A stretch of DNA of 40,702 nt from an uncultured Akkermansia sp. (lineage in GTDB: Bacteria; Verrucomicrobiota; Verrucomicrobiia; Verrucomicrobiales; Akkermansiaceae). Positions 8,109 through 16,960 of this stretch are shown piece by piece. The stretch covers positions 1-40,702 of the forward strand of contig CAYJLP010000003.1 of assembly GCA_964371115.1 (NCBI GenBank), written 5' to 3'. Every line of letters begins with the position of its first letter. The first letter of the stretch is position 1. The position numbers and the translations under genes are program-made. The notes under the pieces were generated by a model. It was not told the origin of the DNA. It made no database searches and saw only the letters and a program-made list of their open reading frames with translations.

Positions 8109-9410
8109 GTGAGTGCAGCAGGTATGGATCAGGGGATGCAGCAGCGTATGGTGGCAGGGGCTGCCATGCAGCAGTCGATGCGTATCCTGCAGGCAAATAC
8201 GGCAGAGCTCCAGCAGATTGTCTCGCAGGCTCTCCAGTCCAATCCCTCGCTCGAGGTGCGCGAGCCGTCGCGTCAGCAGGAGCATGATGGGGAGAATGGC
8301 TCTGAGACGGATAGGCATGATTCTCAGTATTGGATTAGTCAATTGAGTCGTGATCCGAGTCTGCGCGATCATCTCCAAGAGCAGATTCTCCAGGAGGATT
8401 TCTCTGAGGCGTTGCGAGCGGCCTGCCTTGTGCTGCTGGATTCGATCGATTCGCGTGGCTATCTGGATGAGGATGTCGCGCAGCTCGCGCGGGATCATGG
8501 CGCGCAGTCGGATCTCTATGAGCGCGCGCTGAGCTGTATTCAGCAGCTTGATCCCGCTGGGGTGGGTGCGCGTGATCTGCGCGAGTGTCTGCTGCTCCAG
8601 CTCCAGCAGCGCGGTGAGTCTGAGGGGCTGCCAGCGCGTTTGTTGCGTGATTACTGGGAGCTGCTCGTCGAGCATCGCTATGAGCTGGCTGCGCAGCAGC
8701 TGGGACTGGATGTGGAGCAGGTGCGCGAGGCGGCGGCGCGCGTGGCGCGTCTCAAGCCGCACCCTGGGAGTGATTTTGCCCCTGAGGATGCTTCAGTCAT
8801 TTTCCCCGATGTGGAGGTGGTGGATGAGCAGGGGGACTTGCTGGTCTCGCTGACGGGGGAGGATGTCCCTCAGCTGGCGATCAATGCGGACTATCGTAGT
8901 ATGATGGCGCAGCAAGCGGAGAATCGCGAGCTGCGGGAGTATCTCAGCCGCTGCTTCCGCGAGGCGCGTGATCTGATCACGGCTATCGAGCAGAGGCAGA
9001 TGAGTGTGCTGCATGTGGCGCGCGCGATTGTCGTGCGGCAGGAGGAGTTTTTCCGCCGAGGTCGCGATTCTATCAAGCCGCTGAAGATGGAGCAGATCGC
9101 AGCGGATACGCAGATGCATCTCTCGTCGGTCTCGCGCGCGGTGCGTGGGAAGTATGTGAGATGCCGTCATGGGGTGTTTGAGTTGCGTCATTTTTTCCAA
9201 CGTTCGCTGGGCAATGAGCAAGAGGATATGGCAGTGAGTCGTATTTATTCGCGTCTGCGTCAGTGGATAGCCGAGGAGGACAAGGCGGCTCCCCTGAGTG
9301 ATAGTGCGCTGGTGTCGCTCTTTGCGGAGGAGGGGGTTACGATCGCGCGTCGCACGCTGGCGAAGTACCGCGATCAGCTGGGTATCCCGCCCGCGTCGCA
9401 GCGACGTTGA
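8109..9410 (+). CDS. rpoN: RNA polymerase sigma-54 factor
   Basis: Gln-rich region I (MQQSMRILQ…NPSLE), LDPAGVGARDLRECLLLQL, HTH HLSSVSRAV, RpoN box ARRTLAKYRDQLGIP; start placed at GTG 8109 (uncertain). Confidence 0.93.
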   Translation: MSAAGMDQGMQQRMVAGAAMQQSMRILQANTAELQQIVSQALQSNPSLEVREPSRQQEHDGENGSETDRHDSQYWISQLSRDPSLRDHLQEQILQEDFSEALRAACLVLLDSIDSRGYLDEDVAQLARDHGAQSDLYERALSCIQQLDPAGVGARDLRECLLLQLQQRGESEGLPARLLRDYWELLVEHRYELAAQQLGLDVEQVREAAARVARLKPHPGSDFAPEDASVIFPDVEVVDEQGDLLVSLTGEDVPQLAINADYRSMMAQQAENRELREYLSRCFREARDLITAIEQRQMSVLHVARAIVVRQEEFFRRGRDSIKPLKMEQIAADTQMHLSSVSRAVRGKYVRCRHGVFELRHFFQRSLGNEQEDMAVSRIYSRLRQWIAEEDKAAPLSDSALVSLFAEEGVTIARRTLAKYRDQLGIPPASQRR

Positions 9411-9527
9411 GAGAAATATTCCGTGTGCTTGTAGATTTGCTAGAGGGATTGCGTTCTTGTAAATAAGGAAATAATGCTTCCTGCTTCGCGCGAAGCTTTT
9501 TTAACATCAATTATATAGAAAAATATC

Positions 9528-9851
9528 ATGAACAAACTTTTAGTTGCTCTCCTCTGCGTCTGCCCTATGGTGGCTAGTGCTAGCGTCGTTAATTCTGTCG
9601 TGAGCTCTCCCGCTCCTTATGAGGAGTCTGTCGGTCAACGCCACGGTCATCGCGGTCACCATGTTCAGCGCGGCGGTCATCCTCACCGTGGTCATGCTCA
9701 TCATCATCGAGGTCATCACCGTGGCCACGCTCACCATCGTCGCGGTCATGGGTATCGTGGTGGCTACCACCGTCCTCATCGACCCGTGTATCGTCCCTGC
9801 CCTCGCCCTATCCGCCGCCCCGTGATGCGCATGATCTTCGGTTGCTGGTAA
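9528..9851 (+). CDS. Small secreted His/Arg/Gly-rich protein
   Basis: Signal peptide MNKLLVALLCVCPMVASA, repeated HRGH units, AT-rich upstream region, downstream hairpins. Confidence 0.7.
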   Translation: MNKLLVALLCVCPMVASASVVNSVVSSPAPYEESVGQRHGHRGHHVQRGGHPHRGHAHHHRGHHRGHAHHRRGHGYRGGYHRPHRPVYRPCPRPIRRPVMRMIFGCW

Positions 9852-9972
9852 TTTCTTTTCTTACGTTTCCCCTCTAGCTGGCTAGGGGGGATTGCTCCTT
9901 TATTCAACACCCTCCGTACACCGCGTAGATCTCTGTGATTTACGCGGTTTTGCTTGGTTACTTTTCGCCAAT

Positions 9973-10009
9973 AAAAAACCACCGCCTCTCGTAAGGCGGT
10001 GGTTTTTTT
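9973..10009. terminator. Bidirectional intrinsic terminator
   Basis: aaaaaaccaccgcct-ctcgta-aggcggtggttttttt between convergent genes. Confidence 0.85.
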
Positions 10010-10034
10010 AAATTGTAATAAAGCAATCTAACCC

Positions 10035-10469
10035 TTATTCAGCAGCAGTGCGAATGGAGCTGTACTTGCCCTGTGCACCGAGCTCAGCGGGGAACTCGGA
10101 GAAACCAGACCAGACGTTGTACTCCTTGAGACCATTGCGACCGCAGCTACCCTGATAGGGAGGACGGTAGGTGTTTTTGTAGGTAGGAGCCCAGAAGGTC
10201 ACGAGCTCGTAGAATCCGTATCCCATGCGGTTGAATGTACGAGCGAAGCCATCGACAACGCCGACGGACGCTCCAGCGTAGCCACCTTCACGAGAATTCC
10301 AACGGACGATGGTCAGAGGGATTTCTTCAATTGCGAAGAAGATGTTGCTGATGGCGCGACCCAGCTTGCGAGTAGCGGTGTATTCCGATGCAGGAGGTGC
10401 TTGGATATCAGCCAGTGCTGTTCCTGCAAGTGTGGACATCAATGCGGTTGTGAGGAGAAAGCGCTTCAT
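10035..10469 (-). CDS. Putative exosortase-system-associated protein (TIGR04073-like)
   Basis: Signal peptide then RKLGRAISNIFFAIEEIP…G…G…R…GFYELVTF, a pattern I recall for this family. Confidence 0.7.
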   Translation of the reverse strand: MKRFLLTTALMSTLAGTALADIQAPPASEYTATRKLGRAISNIFFAIEEIPLTIVRWNSREGGYAGASVGVVDGFARTFNRMGYGFYELVTFWAPTYKNTYRPPYQGSCGRNGLKEYNVWSGFSEFPAELGAQGKYSSIRTAAE

Positions 10470-10629
10470 GTTGCGATAATAAATAGCATAGTTTAGTTGT
10501 CTCTGCAAGCATAAAAAAAGCTCGTCATGATTTTCCTGCCAAGGGGGAGGGGTGCTTTAGAGATAAAGCTTTGCCATATGAAAGAGATGCGAAGCATCTT
10601 GGATTCTTATTTTGTGGAGTCTGTTAGAT

Positions 10630-11886
10630 TTAATCAGCAGCGGGTAGGCTAATCGGTGTCGCAATTTCCTCATCCGTCAGGTAGCAGCCTGGGTCAGATC
10701 CATACCAATGCCCATTCGCAAAGGCCGCACGCGTGCGGAATCCCCCGCCGCAGAGCTGGAAGTGCACGCAGCGCGCACAGCGTCCTTCGATCTTCTTCTG
10801 CCGCTCCGCTGGGTCGTCGCTGCCACGCAGTGCATTGAGCTGCTCACTAGCTGTCCCCGATTCCGCTTCCCAGATTTTGGAAAAACGATCCGTTTTCACG
10901 TTGCCCAGCGTAATATCCTGCCAGAATTGGTCAGGGTGCACCGCTCCTTGCGTGTCGATGTTAGCAATACCGCGTCCCGAGCTGTTCGCCCCGCCGCCGT
11001 TCCACTGGAGCAGCTTGAGGGTGTCCGCCGCGAGCGGTGAGCCTGCCGCGATCTGGCGCAGCAGCAGATAGATGCCGTCCGCTGGCTGCGTGACGGTGAG
11101 TAGCTCTCTGTCCTCTCCGCGCTCTTGCCAGAGCTCGACGCGCTCGATGAGCATGTCCATAGCCGCGCGGGCTTCCTCTGGCTTGAGGCTGGCGACGTCG
11201 ACGCCGCGTCCCGTGGGGACGAGGTGGTAGAAGCAGACGCGGCGTATGTCCTCCTGCTCGATAAAGTCGAGGATTTGCGCCATGCTCTGCACGTTCTGTC
11301 GGGTGAGGGTGAGGCGTAGGCCTGTCTTCTGCCCTACTTCTTCACAGAGGCGGAAGCCGCGTATCGCTTGAGTAAAAGCTCCTTCCACGCCTCGGAATTG
11401 GTCGTGTACCGCCCCGATGCCGTCCAGCGAGATGCCGACGTAGGCGACTTCCAGCCGCTTGAAGAGTGCGGCGAGCTCGGGGGTGATGCGGGTGCCATTC
11501 GTCGAGATGGTCATTTTGAGTCCCTTATCCGAGGCGTATTGGAGGATGTCGGTGAAGCGGGGGTGCACCATGGGCTCACCTCCCGAGAGGAGCAGTGCGC
11601 TCGCGCCATAGGCGGCGAGGTCGTCGATGACAGCACAGCACTGCTCCCAGCTGAGCTCGCCGGGGTATTTCTGCGGATGGGAGTCGGCGTAGCAGTGGAC
11701 GCAGCGCAGGTTGCAGGTGCGGGTGATGTTCCACACGACGATGGGTTTGCGACGGCGGGCGGAGCCAGGGACGCAGGAGGCGGTGCTGGCGTGGCCGTGC
11801 CGAGAGCGCAGTGCGTGGTGCTGTCCGTAGCGGAGGTGGTCGGCTGGCTGAGAGACGCCAGTCCAGAGGCGTGTGATGTTGATCAT
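10630..11886 (-). CDS. ahbC: Radical SAM/SPASM enzyme, AhbC/NirJ1-like (Fe-coproporphyrin III synthase)
   Basis: HLRYG…PIVVWNITRTCNLRCVHCY (CxxxCxxC), SGGEP, STNGT, YVGISLDG, GGANSSG…VHPDQFW, C-terminal CxxC…CGGGFRTRA…DPGCY. Confidence 0.75.
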   Translation of the reverse strand: MINITRLWTGVSQPADHLRYGQHHALRSRHGHASTASCVPGSARRRKPIVVWNITRTCNLRCVHCYADSHPQKYPGELSWEQCCAVIDDLAAYGASALLLSGGEPMVHPRFTDILQYASDKGLKMTISTNGTRITPELAALFKRLEVAYVGISLDGIGAVHDQFRGVEGAFTQAIRGFRLCEEVGQKTGLRLTLTRQNVQSMAQILDFIEQEDIRRVCFYHLVPTGRGVDVASLKPEEARAAMDMLIERVELWQERGEDRELLTVTQPADGIYLLLRQIAAGSPLAADTLKLLQWNGGGANSSGRGIANIDTQGAVHPDQFWQDITLGNVKTDRFSKIWEAESGTASEQLNALRGSDDPAERQKKIEGRCARCVHFQLCGGGFRTRAAFANGHWYGSDPGCYLTDEEIATPISLPAAD

Positions 11887-11919
11887 GGTGTCAATGAAGG
11901 GGATGCGCGGGCGGGGGGA

Positions 11920-12987
11920 TTAGGCCTCGCCTGTGTAGTGCTTGGGGATGTAGGAGCAAAGGGGGTCGGCGGCGAGCATGTCGCCTGTCATGCCGTAGGC
12001 GCGGGAGCGCGAGCCACCGCAGAGGCGGCGGTATTCGCAGGCACCGCATTTCCCACCCAGCGCGTTGTCATCGCGCAGTTGGGTAAAGAGGGGGTGCTGG
12101 CGGTAGATCTGCGTGAGGGAGTCCGTGCGGACGTTGCCCGCTGTGAGGGGGAGAAAGCCGCTGGGCTGGATGTCGCCTGCATACGAGATGAAGAGCACGC
12201 CCTTGCCATCGCGTGTGGGGATGGCTTGGCGTGCGGGCTTGCCCTCGCGGCGGCGCGCGGCCTGCATGGCGACGCGGCGGTAGTGATGACCCTCGGTGGT
12301 TTTCACCCCAAAGTCGACGTCGGTGCTGAGCTGCTCGATGCGCTCCCAGACGGCCTCGACCTCCTCGGCGCTGGGCAGCTCGTCAAAGCTAGCGCGCCCC
12401 GTGGGGACGAGCAGGAAGATGCTCCACATGTCGGGACGCATCTCGCGCATGAGCTCGGTGAAGCCATCGACCTCACTCAATGTGCTCTTTGTGATGGTGG
12501 TGTTGATCTGCAGGTGCATGCCTGCTTCCTGTGCTAGCCTTGCCGCCTCCAGTGTGCGCTCAAAGGTATGGGGCACGCCTCGGAAGTGGTCGTGTGTCTC
12601 GCGCGTCGCGCCATCGAGGCTGAGGCTGAGGCTCTGGACACCGAGCTCGCGGAGTTTTTTGAAATTACTACGCAGCAGCAGGGGGGTGGCGGCGGGGCTC
12701 AGCGCGACGCGTAGTCCCTTGCCCGCCGCGTAGCTGACGAGCGTCTCGAGGTCGCGGCGCAGCATGGGGTCGCCGCCCGTGAGCACGAGCATAGCGGGGC
12801 GTAGCTCGGCGATCTGGTCGATGAGCGCGATGGACTCCTCATGCGTGAGCTCGTCGGGCAGCGGGCGTCGCTGCGCCTCGGCGCGGCAGTGCTGGCAGGC
12901 GAGCGCGCAGGCGCGAGTCACCTCCCAAAAGAGGATAAAGGGTCGCTCGTCAAGATTGATATCGGTAAAGGATGGACGTCCGCTCAC
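11920..12987 (-). CDS. Radical SAM/SPASM enzyme, AhbD/NirJ2-like (TIGR04053-type)
   Basis: FWEVTRACALACQHCRAEA, LTGGDP, SLDGA…HDHFRG, PSGFLP, GKCGACEY…CGGSRSRAY…DPLC. Confidence 0.75.
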   Translation of the reverse strand: MSGRPSFTDINLDERPFILFWEVTRACALACQHCRAEAQRRPLPDELTHEESIALIDQIAELRPAMLVLTGGDPMLRRDLETLVSYAAGKGLRVALSPAATPLLLRSNFKKLRELGVQSLSLSLDGATRETHDHFRGVPHTFERTLEAARLAQEAGMHLQINTTITKSTLSEVDGFTELMREMRPDMWSIFLLVPTGRASFDELPSAEEVEAVWERIEQLSTDVDFGVKTTEGHHYRRVAMQAARRREGKPARQAIPTRDGKGVLFISYAGDIQPSGFLPLTAGNVRTDSLTQIYRQHPLFTQLRDDNALGGKCGACEYRRLCGGSRSRAYGMTGDMLAADPLCSYIPKHYTGEA

Positions 12988-13082
12988 GTCATGAATAGTA
13001 GCAGAATCGTCGCTTTATTCAAGTCTTCTATTTTGGAATGTCTCAAAAATTAGGATAAAAAGAGAATAAAAAGATAAATTCC

Positions 13083-13111
13083 TTGACAGAGACGTCAAGA
13101 TAGGGTACTGT
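13083..13111 (+). promoter_or_regulatory. Putative sigma70 promoter of rpsU
   Basis: TTGACA-17 nt-TACTGT. Confidence 0.6.
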
Positions 13112-13157
13112 CTCCGCTCAACCCGAACAACATTTATAACCTCCACAGACATACCAT

Positions 13158-13397
13158 ATGCGTTCCGTAATCGTACGTAAAGGCGAACCAATCGATCGCG
13201 CTCTCAAGCGCCTCAAGACCAAGCTCGACACCGAGGGCATTCTCGAAGAAATGCGCCGTCGTCGCAATTTTGAAACTCCTATGGACGTCCGCCGTCGCAA
13301 GGCACGTTCCGCAGGCAAGCGTAACAAAGTCAAATGGCGCTTCACCAACAAGGAAGAAATCCCAGCAGCAGCTGTGACTCCTGATATGGTAGGCTAA
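13158..13397 (+). CDS. rpsU: 30S ribosomal protein S21
   Basis: V.VRKGEPIDRALKRLK…GILEEMRRRRNFETP, S21 pattern. Confidence 0.92.
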   Translation: MRSVIVRKGEPIDRALKRLKTKLDTEGILEEMRRRRNFETPMDVRRRKARSAGKRNKVKWRFTNKEEIPAAAVTPDMVG

Positions 13398-13422
13398 ACC
13401 CATTGTTCGGGAACAATTTTGA

Positions 13423-13465
13423 AAATGAAGGGCGCGTCCGCGAGGATGCGCCCTTCATTTATTTT
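13423..13465 (+). terminator. rpsU intrinsic terminator
   Basis: aaatgaagggcgcgtcc-GCGA-ggatgcgcccttcattt followed by atttt. Confidence 0.85.
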
Positions 13466-13469
13466 GTGC
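13432..13469 (+). repeat. 38-bp direct repeat, left copy
   Basis: gcgcgtccgcgaggatgcgcccttcatttattttgtgc; 36/38 identical to 14637-14674. Confidence 0.9.
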
Positions 13470-13588
13470 CTTGCTGCTGGATGATGAGAGCCCAGCGATA
13501 CGGCAAAGGCGCTATGACACTGGCATGATTGGGATGTGAGAGCTGATTATTTTTCTTGTATCTCGCTATCTTGCTCATTATAATTCCA

Positions 13589-14617
13589 ATGCTTATGGAT
13601 AAAACGCTACTTATAGCAAATGTTCGTGCAAGTCACGGTGAGTGGGTGGATTACGCCCGTGTGCTAGCAGCCCTCTTAATTGTCTATTATCATATGCCTA
13701 GTTCTCAATTCAGCATGGTGGGGGCGAGTATTGTGGTAAAGGATCTTCTGAGTCTGCTGTTTGATTCTCCTGGTGGTTGTCTGAATTTCTTTTTTATCAC
13801 CGCAGGGTACTTTATGAAGCGACACTTTGATTGTAAGCAGTGGATGAAGAGATTGCTGCTTCTTTTCCTCGTCTATGTGTCGTGGAATAGCTTGTGCATT
13901 TTGGGGTTGAATGATGAGGCGACTTTCTCGCGTATCTACGGGGTGGGCACACCGTCAGCATTGTGCGCGGATTACCCGCTTTGGTTTATACGCGATTTGT
14001 TTGTCATGACGCTTATGATTCCCTTGATGCGTTACGGGACTGTTTTTTGGATACTGGGTTTTTTAGTTGCTATTTATGGGCTTCATGTGAACCAGTGGGT
14101 TATAGCCTCATCGTTTGTCATGCCCTCGTTTGGCTTTTGGATCATGTTTTTGTTGGGTTTTATGCTCAATCGTGTCAATCTGGCGCGCGTTCATGCATTG
14201 ATGCCGAAGATGCTTGCACTCGTATTGCCATTGTGGGGACTTGCTATTTTTACAAAGCTCTATTATCCATCGATCTATGCTTATTCTAGCTTGATGATTG
14301 TAAAATCGCTCGTCCAAGGTTTGAGTGTAGCTTTGGTGGGGTATGGGATCTGGTATTGCTCTGCGCTGAGACTGAGGAGCTGGGTGGCGAGCTTTGCTCC
14401 TGCTTCTTTTTTATGCTATGTCTGGCATGCTCCTTTGATTTTCATTGTTTCTGTCTTGGCTCGGAAAGTATCGCCTGAGCTAGCAGGGAATAGTGCGCTG
14501 ATCCTGAGCCTTCCCTTTGCCATTTTGGCTTTGAGTAAGGTCGTGGATACATTTGTGACGCAGAGGTTGCCTTTCCTGCTGCCTATCTTTTTTAACCGCA
14601 TGGCAAAGCGGAGATAG
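13589..14617 (+). CDS. Acyltransferase-3 family (OafA/YrhL-like) integral membrane acyltransferase
   Basis: WVDYARVLAALLIVYYH, FFFITAGYF, KRLLLLF, PLWFI, SFLCYVWH; multiple TM segments; AT-rich; start 13589 or 13595. Confidence 0.85.
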   Translation: MLMDKTLLIANVRASHGEWVDYARVLAALLIVYYHMPSSQFSMVGASIVVKDLLSLLFDSPGGCLNFFFITAGYFMKRHFDCKQWMKRLLLLFLVYVSWNSLCILGLNDEATFSRIYGVGTPSALCADYPLWFIRDLFVMTLMIPLMRYGTVFWILGFLVAIYGLHVNQWVIASSFVMPSFGFWIMFLLGFMLNRVNLARVHALMPKMLALVLPLWGLAIFTKLYYPSIYAYSSLMIVKSLVQGLSVALVGYGIWYCSALRLRSWVASFAPASFLCYVWHAPLIFIVSVLARKVSPELAGNSALILSLPFAILALSKVVDTFVTQRLPFLLPIFFNRMAKRR

Positions 14618-14636
14618 TTTTCTTATTAAGGTTGCA

Positions 14637-14674
14637 GCGCGTCCGCGAGGATGCGCTCTTGATTTATTTTGTGC
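14637..14674 (+). repeat. 38-bp direct repeat, right copy
   Basis: gcgcgtccgcgaggatgcgctcttgatttattttgtgc. Confidence 0.9.
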
Positions 14675-14692
14675 GTGGTGTATAGTAGAGGA

Positions 14693-15790
14693 ATGTTACG
14701 CTCTCTGATACGCTATGCTTTGTTGCTGCTGCTGCATGTCTTTTTGGTCTCGCTTTGGTTGGAGTTTCTCAGGGGGGTGCCAGTTGCAGCGGAGTTGATA
14801 TTGTTCTCTGGGGCGACAGGCGAGAGCTTGAATGTGGCTCTGCCTGTGACCTTTTTGTTGCTGTGGTGGTTGATTCCTGTCTTGCTGCGTCGGGCTGATG
14901 CGCGGCTGGCGTGGAGCTCGCTGCTGCTCTTTGCGCTGGGCATGATTCTCTGTTTTGTCTTTCCTGCAGCGAGGGGAGGCTCTGCTGCTGATGTGGGGTC
15001 ACCTCTGAGCGCTGCGCCGTGGGTTTCTGATGTGGCTTGGGGGCTTGTCTCGTCGGCAGGGATGCTCGCGGCTATCTATTTGCGTGGTTGGTTGGCGCGT
15101 CAGCGTGCTCGTCGTGCGGGGAGGGCGGCGTGGTGGGCTGCTATATGCGCCTTCATGAATGGGGGGGGGATGGTGCTTTCTTTCCTGCTGATGATCGCTT
15201 CAATTCGGTTAATGTATGAAGGGGCTGCGGTGGGATTGAGGTCGGCGTTGTGGGTGAGTTTTCTGATGTTTCTCATCTTTGTTGCTTGCTACATCGTGCT
15301 TGCTACGCATAGGCAGGTCAGGTGCGCGCTGTACCTGAGCCTGCTTGGCGCGATGGGGCTAGGGGCTTATGCGTTGATAGCGGGCGAGAGGCGTGAGTTG
15401 GAGTTCCAGAGGGATGGGCAGCAGTGGGTGTGCTACTCTCATACCGATGAGGGGGAGAAGGAGGGAGATCTGCGCTTGCTGCGCGCGTCTTTGAATGAGC
15501 GTGGGGGAGAGGAGATGCAAGATCGCGTCTCTGTCGAGCTGGGCATTGTGGAAGAGTGGTATCTTGATACTTTTGCGCTCAAGCAAAGGGAGAGTCGCGT
15601 AGAAAAGAATCGCTGCGTCCAGTTGTATGGATGGCATATAAGGAATCATGAGCTGATAGCCATCTATGTACTCGATATTCATCGACCGGGTCTAGGGCTG
15701 GCGGTGCTGTTGCTGCTGACTGCCTGTGGGCTGCTGCTGCTGAGGCGTGCGATGCGCGCGGCGCCTGAGGGACTGCCTCGCAGGCGGTGA
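14693..15790 (+). CDS. Hypothetical multi-pass membrane protein, tandem paralog 1
   Basis: Many hydrophobic segments; first 22 aa and last 11 aa identical to the next gene. Confidence 0.8.
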   Translation: MLRSLIRYALLLLLHVFLVSLWLEFLRGVPVAAELILFSGATGESLNVALPVTFLLLWWLIPVLLRRADARLAWSSLLLFALGMILCFVFPAARGGSAADVGSPLSAAPWVSDVAWGLVSSAGMLAAIYLRGWLARQRARRAGRAAWWAAICAFMNGGGMVLSFLLMIASIRLMYEGAAVGLRSALWVSFLMFLIFVACYIVLATHRQVRCALYLSLLGAMGLGAYALIAGERRELEFQRDGQQWVCYSHTDEGEKEGDLRLLRASLNERGGEEMQDRVSVELGIVEEWYLDTFALKQRESRVEKNRCVQLYGWHIRNHELIAIYVLDIHRPGLGLAVLLLLTACGLLLLRRAMRAAPEGLPRRR

Positions 15791-15801
15791 GGCGCGTTTC
15801 C

Positions 15802-15830
15802 TTGACTTGTTTTTTTGCATGATGTATAAT
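15802..15830 (+). promoter_or_regulatory. Sigma70 promoter, probably leaderless transcript
   Basis: TTGACT-17 nt-TATAAT, ATG 6 nt downstream. Confidence 0.7.
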
Positions 15831-15836
15831 GACGAA

Positions 15837-16913
15837 ATGTTACGTTCTTTGATACGCTATGCTTTGCTTTTGCTGCTGCATGTCTTTCTGGTCTCACTTT
15901 GGGTGGGGGGGCAGGCAGATCTGTGGGCTGCTGTGGATTTGATCTTTTATCAGGCGGGGGGAGTGCTCAATCCCCTCGTGGCTGTAAACTTGATCTTGCT
16001 GCTGTGGCTGATTCCTATCTTGTTGAGGCGCGTGGATGCGCGCTTAGCGTGGGGGTCGTTGGCATACTTTGTGCTCGGCTTTATTTTCTTTGAGGGCTCA
16101 TTAGTCAGTATGCATACGAGTCATCAATTCGGTGCTCTTACCGTGGACTTTCATCCGAAGGTGGGGCTTGCCGCTTCTCTATGGGGCATCGCCTCGTCGG
16201 TCGGGATGTTGTTTGCTATCTACCTGCGCGGCTCTCTCACCAGTCTACGTGCGCGTCATGTGGCGCGTGCGGCATGGTGGGGGAGACTGTGCTCGGTGGT
16301 GGCGATCACGTGGGGCGTGTCTGTGTTCTCCCTGATGCTTGTCGTGGGTGGAGCATTGAGTGCGGATGTCGTGGAGCCTCTCAGCACGGAGATGTGGATG
16401 CATCTGCTGTTGATGCTGCTGCTATGTAGTTTTTTGATACTGGTAGTCACCGCTCGGAGAGCCAGAGCCGCTTTTTATGTGTGCTTGCTCGGAGCAGTTG
16501 CTATGGGATCCTATGCGCTGATCTCTGGAGGAACGCAGCGATTGGAATTCAAAAAAGAGGGCGAGCAGTGGGTGTGTCGCGATGAAGAGGGCAAGAAGAT
16601 GGAGCGAGATTTGCAGCTGTGTGCCGCCGAGTGGAAGAAAGATACAGAAGCGCGTGTGGAGCTGGTGTCTACGCGCGAGGCGGATCAAGAGCGCTTTGAG
16701 TTGAGCTATATGCAGTCCCGACTGAAGGTGGATCATTCGGTGTGCTTTGACGGATGTGCTGCCAGCGATCACGTGGTGTCGAGCGTGAAGCTGACGGTGA
16801 CTGATCGCCCTGGGCTGATGCTGGCAAAGCTGCTGCTGCTGACCGCCTGCGGGATGCTGCTGCTAGGACGTGCGCTGCGTGCGGCTCCTGAGGGGCTGCC
16901 TCGGCGGCGGTGA
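15837..16913 (+). CDS. Hypothetical multi-pass membrane protein, tandem paralog 2
   Basis: Paralog of 14693-15790 (MLRSLIRYALLLLLHVFLVSLW … RAAPEGLPRRR). Confidence 0.8.
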   Translation: MLRSLIRYALLLLLHVFLVSLWVGGQADLWAAVDLIFYQAGGVLNPLVAVNLILLLWLIPILLRRVDARLAWGSLAYFVLGFIFFEGSLVSMHTSHQFGALTVDFHPKVGLAASLWGIASSVGMLFAIYLRGSLTSLRARHVARAAWWGRLCSVVAITWGVSVFSLMLVVGGALSADVVEPLSTEMWMHLLLMLLLCSFLILVVTARRARAAFYVCLLGAVAMGSYALISGGTQRLEFKKEGEQWVCRDEEGKKMERDLQLCAAEWKKDTEARVELVSTREADQERFELSYMQSRLKVDHSVCFDGCAASDHVVSSVKLTVTDRPGLMLAKLLLLTACGMLLLGRALRAAPEGLPRRR

Positions 16914-16960
16914 TGGTGCTGAGGCTTGATTGATGGGGGACAAGCTGCTATGATGCTGGC

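Noticed and set aside
9528..12987. His-rich peptide as a RiPP precursor for the radical SAM/SPASM pair
   Set aside because: The peptide has a Sec-type signal, is on the opposite strand and is separated by a terminator and another gene; the enzymes look like Ahb heme enzymes
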